This document shows, in pieces, positions 13,701-26,211 of a stretch of 63,723 nt of DNA. Source of the DNA: Octopus bimaculoides (lineage: Eukaryota); the NCBI RefSeq assembly GCF_001194135.2, contig NC_069003.1, positions 19,454,759 to 19,518,481 on the forward strand, in the 5' to 3' direction. A model generated the notes under the pieces. The model did not search any database, was not told the origin of the DNA, and saw only the letters and a list, made by a program, of their open reading frames with translations. A program made the position numbers and the translations under genes. Numbering within the stretch: the first letter of the stretch is position 1; each line of letters begins with the position of its first letter.

Positions 13701-14399
13701 TCTGTATATTATAAAATTTGGTTTGATTGGGGCTTTTAAGTTTTACTTCACAAGTTGAACAAGCTGTCAGATGAAATTTAGAAGTCCATGTAAAATGAAT
13801 TTTCAAATATATTTGACACTCCTTTCAGTATAAGTATCCTGGACCTCAGTTAATATTCTGTTATTCTTTTAAACTTAATTTAAAATAATAAACCAAAATT
13901 CACACACACGTTTGCTGTTGCTGCCACCACCATCATTTAATGTATGCTTTCCATACTGGTATGAGTTGAACAATTAAACAGGATTTGGTTTAGCTGCAAG
14001 GCTGAAATTGTACTCCATGTCAGCTCCATGCATATTTTGGCACAAGACCAGCAATTCAGAGGAAAAGGATAAGTCGATTACATTAACCCTAGTGATTTTA
14101 TTAACTCCTGAAAAGATGAAAGGCAAAGTCGAACCTGGTGGCATTTCAACTCAGAACATAAAGTTGGAAGAAATTCCACTAAGCATTTTTCCAGCACAGT
14201 AATGATTCTGCCAGCTGGTCACCTTCTAGAAGACACATATTGGCCATTTGAAATTCTTTATTTATTTTCAACTGCGTGGGGTTGATTTAAGCATATAATG
14301 AATTTAAAGAGGCTCTTCTGTTGATTAAGCTACATTGAGACATTTTGGTTGTTTATTTTTTTTTGCTTTCTTTCATCATCATAGGGCTATTTTAAATGT

Positions 14400-14625
14400 T
14401 TAACCCTTATGCATTTAATTTGACCCCTATCTGGCCTAAATATTCTTCCTCTTTTATGTTAAAATTGACCAGATCCAACCTCTCACACCTACTCTACAAT
14501 GTCATTCTAAAAACATACAAACGCACCATTGAAATCTTGAAGTTATAGGATAACATGTAATTAATTGATAACAATGTGAATAAATAAGCAAGATATTTTT
14601 GACAAAGAAATTTGAATGCGAAAGT
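14400..14625 (+). mobile_element. piggyBac-type (TTAA) MITE, degenerate copy
   Basis: Starts ttaaccctt. Its internal sequence aligns with the copies at 22101 and 56913; the right end is decayed. Confidence 0.6.
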
Positions 14626-14789
14626 CTTTGTGTGTATTTGAATGGCTGGTATGTGTCTTCCATGCTGTTTTAGTTTCAATACATGGTTTCACATAAAATC
14701 GCTTGATTGGCAAGTAAACCTCCCAAAAATCTTTTTTAAAAGTATCAAGTAAATAATCAAAATATTGTAATGCCCAGATCAATAATTAC

Positions 14790-15173
14790 CTGATAATCAA
14801 GAATGCTAAATCCAAGACCTTTGTCAAGTTTCTTCAATTCTATAACAACAGGTTCACTACTCCACATAGCAAGCCCCGTTAAGGGCTCAAGGGATCGTGA
14901 TCGATTTAGGAGGTTCTTCTCAGCAGTCCATTCTTGTGATGTTAATGTAACTTCTGATTTAGCTTTTACGAGCCGGTCTGTACATGGTGAGTTGGGAATC
15001 ACTCCGGAATTGAGTAGTGAAGGGCTTTGAAAGACATCTTGTTCTTTGCTGGCAAAGTTTTCTAATTTACTTTTCTTTGGACGAGCGCAGACCAACCGAA
15101 CATGTTGCGGCAGCTCTTTTAATATACTCACAACCTCTTTATGATTCAATCCCAGGAGGCGTTTACCATTAAC
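14790..15173 (-). CDS. MPDZ: Coding exon (384 nt, phase 0-0): end of one PDZ (VNGKRLLGLNHKEVVSILKELPQHVRLVCAR), linker, and start of the next PDZ (PVVIELKKLDKGLGFSILDYQ)
   Basis: ttttcctactccttcag|GTT AAT GGT...GAT TAT CAG|gtaatt, 128 open codons. GLGFSILDYQ and NHxxVVxILKELP are hallmark motifs of the MUPP1/PATJ PDZ4-PDZ5 region (recalled family knowledge). Confidence 0.96.
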
Positions 15174-15474
15174 CTGAAGGAGTAGGAAAATGTAGAATTA
15201 TAATCACTGATGAATAATAGAAATAGTAATACAACTGAAACATGCTCAATAACTATAGATGCACACCAGTATAATATATATCATTGTGTGATATGAATGT
15301 TTTTAATTTTTTTAAAAAAGCAAAGCAATGTAAATTATAACAAAAAATACAAGTTGATGGTTTGTATTTTTAAACATTTCAGGGTTAGGATCCCTCCTTT
15401 GAGAAATCTTTGGAGATTTGGGGTTGTGTATTGGCTTTTCTGTTCTGCAGAGTGTGTGTGAGTAAATTAAAAAC

Positions 15475-15535
<61 letters not shown>

Positions 15536-15563
15536 TATGTATATACATATATATATATATGCG

Positions 15564-15594
<31 letters not shown>

Positions 15595-16007
15595 GCAGTA
15601 TTTGAGGTAAATGTCTTCCATTACAACCTGGGGTTGGCCATTACTTTGTGAATGAATTTGGTTGATGGAAACTGTAGGAAACCTATCTCATATATATCTA
15701 GATGGCTACATATATACATACACACTCACAAGAGTACATGTATGTATGTAAGTGTGTGTGAATGTGTGACAGTCACTGTTGGAGTGAAACAGTGATGATA
15801 TTTACGTCTCTTATTGACACTAGAACCAGTTACTCTGCACTTTCAAAGACCTGTAGAAAAAAAAAATCCCTAACTTGAAAAACAGCTAAGTGTTGGTAAC
15901 AGAAAGAGCATCATGTTGTAAACGCTGGCTCTCCCACAGGCTGTCATGGAAAAAAGTTAAACACTTGTTTAATATCTTTTATATATGTGTATATGTATCT
16001 GCATGTA

Positions 16008-16067
<60 letters not shown>

Positions 16068-17189
16068 TGTATATATAGCATGGAAAACGGACATTAAAGG
16101 ACGATTGTCATGGTTTAATGTCTGTCAAGAGCTGGCTAAAGCCTGCACCAAACTTCTGTGACTGATGATTATACATATATATATATATATATATAGTTAA
16201 AAATGCCACCAACTATGTTTGCTAAAATTAGATTCCCATTTGGAAATGTTAGCATTAACATTTGGGGTAAGGAAGAAAAAAATAAAAGACCTGATAAAAG
16301 TACAGCTGTTGAAAAAAATAAATAAAGAGAGAAATTGAGATGGAAGACTGTAAAGATAGTAAACCTTATCTACTTTATGGTATCAACTAACTATTTCATA
16401 TGCTAGACTGAGCAACAAATAAAGAAGAAAAATATTTTGAAGAAAAGAAAATTGGTTTCCAGGCATGCCAAAAAATGTAATCTGTCTGTAGAAAGGAGAA
16501 ATATTTAACCCTAAGCACAAATGTAGGTGTATCGTATGAAGTTTGCTTCTAAAACCCATGGTGCTAGGTTCAGTCCTACTGTGTGGCACACATTGGGCTA
16601 GTACCTTCTACTATAGTCCTGGGCTGACCATCACACACACACACATATATGGCAGTGTGTCTTTGTCCACATTGCTGCTTAACAACCAATGTTAGTTTGT
16701 TTACATCCCTGTAACTTAGTGGCTCAAGAGAAGAGACTGATAAAATAGGTACCAGGCTGGGATTGATTTGTTTGACTTGACCCTTCTAGGTAGTGCTCCA
16801 GCATGTCCTCAGTTCAATGACTAAAACAAGTAAAAGAAAACATAAAAGATAAACTGAACACCCCCACTCCCGAAAAAAAAAAAAAAAACAAGAACATCAT
16901 CTATTGACCCATTTCAGTTTATTTAAGAGTAAATGAGTATGTGTGGTGTAAAAACATTAATTTTCTTAAATTTTTTTACTGGTTTCAGTCACTGGATTGC
17001 AGCTATGTTGGGGCAGCACCTTCAAGAACTTTAGTTAATCATTTCAACACCAGTACCTATTACAGTTTGGTAATTCTAGTTTGCATCTACCAATTTCATT
17101 CACAAGACATTGATCAGCTTAAGGTTAGAGTAGCAGATTACAAGGTGCATTTCAGAAGTTTTGACACATCTTCAAAATGACATTCACTT

Positions 17190-17840
17190 CAAAGAAGTAC
17201 GAAACTCTGATCTCCTTCAGCATTGGAATCTTTGACTTCAATGCACTTGTTGCAGTGCTCCAGTCACTTCATAAATTCCCCCATGGAAGTGCCCCAAAGT
17301 GATGATGTCCAGGACACTTGTCACAATCTCCTTCATATTCTCCTTGAGCTTGGAGAAAGACCAAGGAGCAAGGTCTGGATTGTAGGGATTGTGAGGGACA
17401 GTTTTGATGTCCATCTCTGTTAAGTAGCTGGTAACCAGGATGACATCCTAGACTAGTGCATTGTTCTGGTGCAGGTGCTCTGACCCTTTGCAGCAAAATC
17501 TTTTCCTGAACTCTCTCAAAATCTCCACAAAGTACTCCTTTTTGACCATCTGAGTAGTGGAATCATCATGAGCTTTCTGGTGAATTTGCATTGTCTGTCT
17601 TCTTGTGCCAGTGAGAAACTGATGCCCAGCTCATACAATTTAATCCATAAGCAGTCTAGAGCATTTCATAAGTTTCTGTAGCATTGTTACCCAGTTTAAC
17701 ACAAAACTTTATTTGCACAGCAAAACTTCCAATCTGTTGTCACATCTTGACTGCATTCTGCAAACTGGTCAGTTGTGACAAGCAGTATTTAGTAGGGTGT
17801 GCTCAAAGTGCTATTACAGATGTTTCCTTCAATCTGGAAT
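17190..17840 (-). mobile_element. Degenerate mariner transposase fragment
   Basis: Minus translation HQNNALV*..LVTSYLTEMDIKTVPHNPYNPDLAP..KLKE..MKEIVTSVLDIITLGHFHGEFMK*LEHCNKCIEV resembles the mariner PHPPYSPDLAP motif and C-terminal W..RxxKCI..GDYFE region. Confidence 0.75.
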
Positions 17841-20030
17841 AACCATAGTTGGTAGGTTAGCTTATTAGATGTATAGAAATGATATACTAAAATTACAATA
17901 GTTTAGGACAGTTATAACTGCCTCTCCTAAAAAAGAGTCTGAAAACTTCTAGAATGCACCTTGTACTTGCTCAAGGTGCCATGCAATGGGATGGAATCTG
18001 AAACCTTGAGAGTTAATAAAGCAAACAGTCATTTCTTTACATCCATACCTGTGCCTGTTTACTTCACTGACCTCATAGCATCAAAGACAAAGTAAAATCT
18101 AATGAAATTAAAACTCATTATCTACAAATAAATCTTGGGTTACATTGGTATCTTTGGCAGTTGCAGACCCTAGCATCGCAGCGAGTGAATTTTTATAACA
18201 GAAATGATAATGGAATAGATGCTAAAATAATCAGAAATACAGAAGAACTATCTCCTTGGAATAATCCTTTTGGAACATTTATAACACCAGAGTTATTAAG
18301 TCTAAGGATTGTTGCCTGTCTTTCCACCTGACTGCTCATCAGTCACTATGTCGTTGCACTCATAATGATTCTGAAGGAATTGGTTGAAGTAGCTTGTGTA
18401 CATCATATACATAATGTTTAGGCAAGCAATGAGCCTACAGTTTTCTGCCAACTTGGTTTCATTCTTGGCTACAAGATTTGCCTGTGCTATACCAAACCAA
18501 TTTGGTATGTCAATCTGGCCTTCTATAGTTCTTTTGATAATACATACAAATGGTTTTCTGTAAGAAGTCAGCCTCTTGTACATATGTGTCTGTGAGTGTG
18601 TTTGCCTATGTCTTCTTGTCTTGATTTTACGAGATAGTTGTAAATGATTGTCACTGTCATACAGTGTCATTCATTTCCAATATTTCACAACATTTCTGGC
18701 CTTGGGGAAATGTTACTTTGATTGGAAACAGGTGAAAGTTGGTGACAATATGGGCATTTGACTGTACAAAATCAGTCTCAATAAACTTTGTCTGACCAAT
18801 GCAATCATGGAAAAGTGGATGATGTGATGATGAAATAAAATGTCACAGCGTAGTATCATTTTCAATGACTATATACAATTAACAAGTGATTCATTAATTA
18901 CTATATAAAGTCCAGAAGCCCTTTTGTGCAAGGAGGATGGTGGCTGTACGGAAAAGAAAAAAAGTAAGAGAAGAAATACTATAGGCTTCATGTGGAAGTG
19001 AAGATTACTTAGTAGCAAGTATCATGCTTTTTCTAGTTGTCTTAGGTGCCTGTAGAGTCATTAGAAAGTACAGACACCTTGGCCACCAATGGACGTAGCA
19101 GCTGGAGGGAGATGAGGCTGCACGAGCAGTGCAATTGGCAGGTACTCATGTTCAGTCAGGTAGATAGGGGCAAGATAAACAGAACTGTCTTGTTTAAAGA
19201 CACAGTGCACCATCTAGCCAAAGACTTGAATCCAGCTCCCTAACCACTAGGTAACATGCTTTCCACACTACTATAACTTCTTTAAATAACAGACAACTGG
19301 AATAAATGCTTTTGACCATTATATCTTCCCTGAAGTTTCTAAATTTTAACTATTATCAACAGTTATTTTTTTTAACACCCAAGTCAACCCCTCGAAGCCA
19401 AACCTATGATCAAAAGCATTCTAGCTACGACCACCCTATCCTTAATTTATTTATTTTTATCTTTCAGGAAGAGATCTAAAATGTGTTCTTCCTTTTTTAT
19501 AAAACAGTATGGTGTAATTTGAGAGTGATTTTGCAGCTATTTTTAGCAAGTCAAGTGACACAGTATAGATGCTCAAAAGTCTTGTGTGAAATACATGCCT
19601 GTTAAGATTCTTTACCATTCTAGTGGCTCTATTTTGGGAATCAATTAAATTTTACAAGTTGTCTGCACCTTTTAAACATACAGTCAAATCCTGACAGCCC
19701 AATTTGCCAAAATATCATTTCAGTATTCAATATTCTGGTTACGTTTATGAAGCACCAAGATAAATTTGGATTCTTTCAAGGAATTCTCCTTTCATAAGTT
19801 AGATCACTTTACAGTAGAGTGATGCCATTGTAGACGCAGCATTAAGAACCACTGCTATTGCGAAAATTGCTACAGTAATCAAATAATTATTTTTAATTAA
19901 AATTTTGGTAGGAATTCTTTAATTCTTTATTTAATTTTGGGATTTCTTATTTGTTTAGATTTTTAAAAAATTATTTTGAAGGGTATGAATTGTGCAATGT
20001 GTGTGCATGCATACATTTGTGTTTGTATAG

Positions 20031-20069
<39 letters not shown>

Positions 20070-20223
20070 TTCATAGAATCATGTGGCTGTCATGAAAAGC
20101 TCTTCTAGTGGGCCCAGCTAGCAGACCACAGTAATTCAATATGGTAAAGTATGATATAGAGTTCTATGCAGTTGAAACCCAGGAGACTCACCCAATGAAC
20201 TTATTTCATGAGTAGTATACAAA

Positions 20224-20668
20224 CCATAAAAAGTCAGGAGGTTTGAGAGGTAAATATATTTATTTAACCACTTGTTATCCTTGGGGTTATGGCCATTTCA
20301 CAGCCTTCATCATGTAATAATAATTTCAGAGTGTAATAAATTATTTTAATGTCTGCACTAATATACATTCTACACATTGTACAATACAATTGTATATTTA
20401 CAAATCAATGTAGATAAAAGAAGCTAACTCGAGCATTGGTGTTATCATCATGTTCTGGTGATCTGATGTCCCAGCTTTATCAGCACTGATTTCTAAATAT
20501 ACAATTGTATTAAATGCATAGCATGCATATTAGTGCAGACATGTAAAATAATTTATTATACACTGAAATTATTATTACATGAAGGAAGCTGTGAAATGAC
20601 AGTAATCTTAAGGATAACAAGTGGTTAAATAAATATAGTCACCTCTCAAACCTCCTGACATTTTATGG
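20224..20668. mobile_element. Palindromic MITE, ~185-bp inverted arms around a ~80-bp spacer
   Basis: ccataaaaagtcaggaggtttgagaggt..tatatttatttaaccacttgttatcctt... is mirrored by ...aaggataacaagtggttaaataaatata..acctctcaaacctcctgacattttatgg. Confidence 0.85.
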
Positions 20669-20674
20669 CTAATA

Positions 20675-20708
<34 letters not shown>

Positions 20709-22100
20709 CATACATGCATGCATGCATGCATGTGAGGATGCATGGCCTAGTGGTTAGGGTGTTGCACTCATGATTGTGAGCTTGTGTGGTTTCAATTCCT
20801 AGACCAGGTGGTGAGTTGTGTTCTTGAGCAAAACACTTCATCTCACGTTGCTCTGTGATGACTTCAACACCTGACATGTGGTACACCATGCTCCTGTTCA
20901 GGGTATGTTGATTTGATGGAGGATGTGAGCTAAAGTACAGTGCATGCATTTGATCACTATAAACAAATCACTTGTGCAGGATGTTCAGCAAAAGCTGAAC
21001 ACTCCTACGTCATCTTCGATGGGAGAGTCCATCGTATATAAATAAATGAAAGTGTTTATGGGACAGATGCACACGGGTACATATACACCCCAGGTACTGC
21101 ATGCTACTGTGTAAATTCACTCTGTAAGCAGAACAATTCAGAGCTGGAGTTTTTTGTTTCTTTCTTTCCATCTACCAAATCTAATCACAAGGATTTGGTC
21201 AGCTGGAGGCTATAGAAGAAGACACTTGCCCAAGGGGCCACACAGTGGGACTGAACCTGGAACCATGTGGTTGGTAAGTAAGCTACTTATCACACAGCCA
21301 CTCCTATAAAAGTTTTGTTTATTTATCTCAGGTCTCTGTGAAGGCGCATGGCCTAGTGGTTAGATGTTGCACTTATGAGATTGTAGATTTGATTGCTAGA
21401 CCAGTGGGAATCTTGAGCAAAACACTTTATTTTCACGTTCCAGTCCACTCACCATTCAATCTGCTGAAAATAACAGCTTAATCTCCATATCAGACCCTAT
21501 TATCTAAACAAAGACAGGAAGCATTGTATAATGCGGCCCAAGGTACACTACAAACACCCCTCCACATTGCCATCATCGACATCATTTTATGCTTATTTTC
21601 CAGTCTGGCATGGGTTGGATGAGTTATGACAGTCCATTTTATTCAGAGTTACTGCCATCCTAGACAGGTCAGAGAACCATGTTTTGCTCATATGTTTAAA
21701 TTTTGGTTTGCTTTCTATGACTGGATGCCTAAATTATCACCAATCATTCTACGAAATGTACTTAACCTTTCATTTCTCTGCTCATTCCCTAACCATTATA
21801 TAAGGTGGACTGGGTGTATTCTGTCAGAGAGGTTGTCATGTGAAGATTTGAATGTCTTTGGTAACATATTTCCTTAATCAGGGCTTCCCTGGGACTAAAC
21901 AATAACCAAAAATACTTACAGGCATATGTGTGTGCATACACACGTTTGGAAGTGTGTTACACATACGTCAGTGTTTCAGTTTAAACTGTTCAACTATTGA
22001 TTACACAAATGTTAAAACTAAATGTCAACTCTTCTGACCTCTCTGGTTTTGTAGGCTTTATGAAGGTCATAGCAACTGCCCTTTCCCTTACCACTAAACC

Positions 22101-22327
22101 TTAACCCTTTAACATTTAAACCAGTCATATCTGGCCCAAATATTCTACCTGTTTTATGTTCAAACTGGCCAGATCTGGTCTCTCACACTAACCTTACAAT
22201 GTCATTCTAAAAATAACAATCACATCATCAAAATCTCAACACTACAAGATAATGCATTATAAATTCAAAGCAACATAAATAAATAAGCATTACATTTGAC
22301 ACAGTAATCTGAATGCTAAAGGGTTAG
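22101..22327 (+). mobile_element. piggyBac-type MITE with TTAA-CCC...GGG-TTA termini
   Basis: ttaa|ccctttaacattt ... aatgctaaaggg|ttag: short TIRs and a TTAA-like target site. Confidence 0.75.
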
Positions 22328-23329
22328 ATAAACTTTATTTTGAGACCTAGCTACCTGTCACATTATCAGTGTGCAAGGGTAGATATACTTGACTGGTTCT
22401 CCAAGTAAACTTATTGCCTCAGAATATTAAATAAAAGGTAAATTTATGCCATTCATTAAGGACTTTGTGTTTATTTTAATCTGTTTTGTGTTTATCTTAA
22501 TATCCGTTGAGTTATCATAAGGATTTTTAACAACTTCAGCAAGGGACATTTGCAATTTAAATTCAGGTTGAATTTAATTCAAAACGTTGTTCACCCACTC
22601 ACTCCTCTATGCACCTGCTTGATTTGCAAGAAATAGCAACAAAATATCCTTCAAATCAAAACTTCATAAAAATACAAAAACGGGTCAAATTAGATAATGT
22701 AGTCTCTGTGCCTGTTGATTCCTGGTTTTTTACAATAGGTACACCATATCCCTGCATGTCACAATAGTTAACTAAAGGGATTCATGTCAAGAAGGGTATT
22801 CAATAGTAAAGTACTCCTCAAAAACTTCTGGCTAATCCATGCCAGTGTAGTATAGAAGGCATAAAAACAATGATGAGTCCCAAACACAGCTCTGAAAAGT
22901 CAAGATAAAAAGCTCACAGCTGAAACATCTTAGGCTAGTGAGATAAAAGCAACTGATTAACACTAAAAGGGATAAAAGGTAGGTTAGCATGTTGTGGAAT
23001 TTGAATTCAGAATGGAGCAAAACTAATATAATAATAATATATTGCTTTCCATGTAAAGTCCAGTGCTCCCTCTATCAGTCTCTAATTCTATAAATTTGAA
23101 GCCTAAGCCAAGAAAACCAAATAATTGATGATTTAATTCACCTTCTCAGAAGATGCAATAAATCTATAGACCAATGGTTAAATGAGAGCTATGACAAAAA
23201 CAAAGAAACTCAAAAACAGAAAAAGAATAAGGGCAGGTCTACTCGGAGCGAAAGGAGATTAAATCTCCTTAAGACTTATCTTAAACAGATTCCAGCAGGA
23301 TATTGAGAAAAATAATTCATCAATGTAGA

Positions 23330-23375
23330 TATGTAGCACACACACAAATATACATACACACACATATATATACAA

Positions 23376-23406
<31 letters not shown>

Positions 23407-23409
23407 CAA

Positions 23410-23440
<31 letters not shown>

Positions 23441-23472
23441 CAAACACACACACACACACACACACATATATA

Positions 23473-23520
<48 letters not shown>

Positions 23521-23530
23521 GACATACATA
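23330..23530. repeat. Compound minisatellite [tatatacaaa(ca)n] x ~5
   Basis: Directly visible higher-order repeat of a TA/CA microsatellite unit. Confidence 0.85.
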
Positions 23531-25160
23531 CATAAATACACACACACACATCAAGGTGGTGTTCCAGCATGGCTGCAATCAAATGATTGAAACAAGTAAA
23601 AGAATAAAAGTATATATATACACACACACACACCACACACACACACATATACATATATACATGTATATATGCATCTGTGTGCATACACATATATGTGTGT
23701 TTGTGTATATATACATACGTGCACAAATAATGTATTTGTTTATATGCATATACATTTATATCTGCTTGTATACATATGCACGCATGCACACATGCATTCC
23801 AATCAAAAACTAAACATTGATTGCAGTACAAAAGAAGAGACTCACTTCTATTTTATATTAATTAGATCTTCGTTAACTTACACAATGACAATGCTAACGG
23901 GGAAACTAACACAAAAACAGAAGATAAATAACTACATCTTGTTTCTTCATATATAACATATTATATTAATCAAAGCTAAAAAAAATAAATTGCACAATTA
24001 GATTTTTTTTTTCCCCTGATAAGATGATGATGAATGCTAATATGTAAAGTTAATGAAAAGAAAATATTAATAAACACAAGGTAACAGTAAATTAATTGAC
24101 CTGAAGGTCAAATATACAAACCTGAATGCAGTTAGATTCCTAAACACATTGCAATAGCTGTCTTTCAGTTTTTTTTTTTTTTGTTGGTAAATTTTTAAAT
24201 TAGAAGTAATTAATTAGAAAGTTGATTTGATAGAAACAATCTCTCTTTCTCCCTATTTCTTTTTCTTTTTTTTTATATATTATTATTATACATATTTTTT
24301 CTTCACATTTTGGTTGAGTATGTGTTTAAAAATTCAGATATTTGTTGACAACCATAAAAGATCCGTGGTTAGAGAAAAAAAAAATATGGTAGGAAAAAGA
24401 CAAACAAAAAAAAAAGACCAAAAAGAGGAGGGGAAAATTAGTGAAGAAGAGCAAAAAATCCACTTTGGCATAATTAAACTATGTAAAAAAAAAGAAAAGA
24501 AGAGAAAACAAAAACATAGTGCCTGAAGCAATTAAATGGTGATTGGTAATCAGTTATCTGTTAGAGAAGGAGGGACTAGTAATTAGTACGGGAATTGTGT
24601 CATATACATCTTCATCAAAATCAAATAAGCTTAAACAAACCACCAATGAGAGAGAGATAAGTTAATCCTTTAGGAGTTCAAACTAGCTAGCTAATGCGTG
24701 TGTGTGTGTGAGGTCGTTATGCAAATACGAAGAGTTTAATTATTCACATTCATTTCCACTTTCAAATCAAATAATTTTATTTGTTTCTTTACATTCATTA
24801 ATAATTTGGTTTGTTTTTTAATTTAAGCATTCTTTTTATTTGTTATTATACCTGTACACTTTTACTATTAATGCTACATATTCTCGTTGCTTATTATTGT
24901 ACGTCTGCTCTAATATCTTACACCAAAATTTGAGGTCTTGTACACTCTTATCGTTCATTTCTGTACAGGTGTATAAAATAGTTTAGTACAAGTATACCTA
25001 CTACCTAATAGTGTAAACCTGTACCCATCTGTTTAATACTGTACAACTATATATTCCTATTATTTATTGCTGCACACCTGTAAAAGCACCAGAAAGAACA
25101 GCTACCACAAAGCATTTGATCTTATGTTTCAACAATTTTGCCAATCCACTGTCCTGAATG

Positions 25161-25209
<49 letters not shown>

Positions 25210-26170
25210 NNNNNNNNNNNNNNNNNNNNNNNNNNNNNNNNNNNNNNNNNNNNNNNNNNNNNNNNNNNNNNNNNNNNNNNNNNNNNNNNNNNNNNNNNNN
25301 NNNNNNNNNNNNNNNNNNNNNNNNNNNNNNNNNNNNNNNNNNNNNNNNNNNNNNNNNNNNNNNNNNNNNNNNNNNNNNNNNNNNNNNNNNNNNNNNNNNN
25401 NNNNNNNNNNNNNNNNNNNNNNNNNNNNNNNNNNNNNNNNNNNNNNNNNNNNNNNNNNNNNNNNNNNNNNNNNNNNNNNNNNNNNNNNNNNNNNNNNNNN
25501 NNNNNNNNNNNNNNNNNNNNNNNNNNNNNNNNNNNNNNNNNNNNNNNNNNNNNNNNNNNNNNNNNNNNNNNNNNNNNNNNNNNNNNNNNNNNNNNNNNNN
25601 NNNNNNNNNNNNNNNNNNNNNNNNNNNNNNNNNNNNNNNNNNNNNNNNNNNNNNNNNNNNNNNNNNNNNNNNNNNNNNNNNNNNNNNNNNNNNNNNNNNN
25701 NNNNNNNNNNNNNNNNNNNNNNNNNNNNNNNNNNNNNNNNNNNNNNNNNNNNNNNNNNNNNNNNNNNNNNNNNNNNNNNNNNNNNNNNNNNNNNNNNNNN
25801 NNNNNNNNNNNNNNNNNNNNNNNNNNNNNNNNNNNNNNNNNNNNNNNNNNNNNNNNNNNNNNNNNNNNNNNNNNNNNNNNNNNNNNNNNNNNNNNNNNNN
25901 NNNNNNNNNNNNNNNNNNNNNNNNNNNNNNNNNNNNNNNNNNNNNNNNNNNNNNNNNNNNNNNNNNNNNNNNNNNNNNNNNNNNNNNNNNNNNNNNNNNN
26001 NNNNNNNNNNNNNNNNNNNNNNNNNNNNNNNNNNNNNNNNNNNNNNNNNNNNNNNNNNNNNNNNNNNNNNNNNNNNNNNNNNNNNNNNNNNNNNNNNNNN
26101 NNNNNNNNNNNNNNNNNNNNNNNNNNNNNNNNNNNNNNNNNNNNNNNNNNNNNNNNNNNNNNNNNNNNNN
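25210..26170. other. Largest assembly gap. Other gaps: 2102-2293, 3276-3363, 11591-11748, 12659-13334, 33154-33526, 38764-39278, 60120-60690
   Basis: N runs, many flanked by (TA)n or (TG)n microsatellites; total 3,534 N. Confidence 1.
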
Positions 26171-26211
<41 letters not shown>

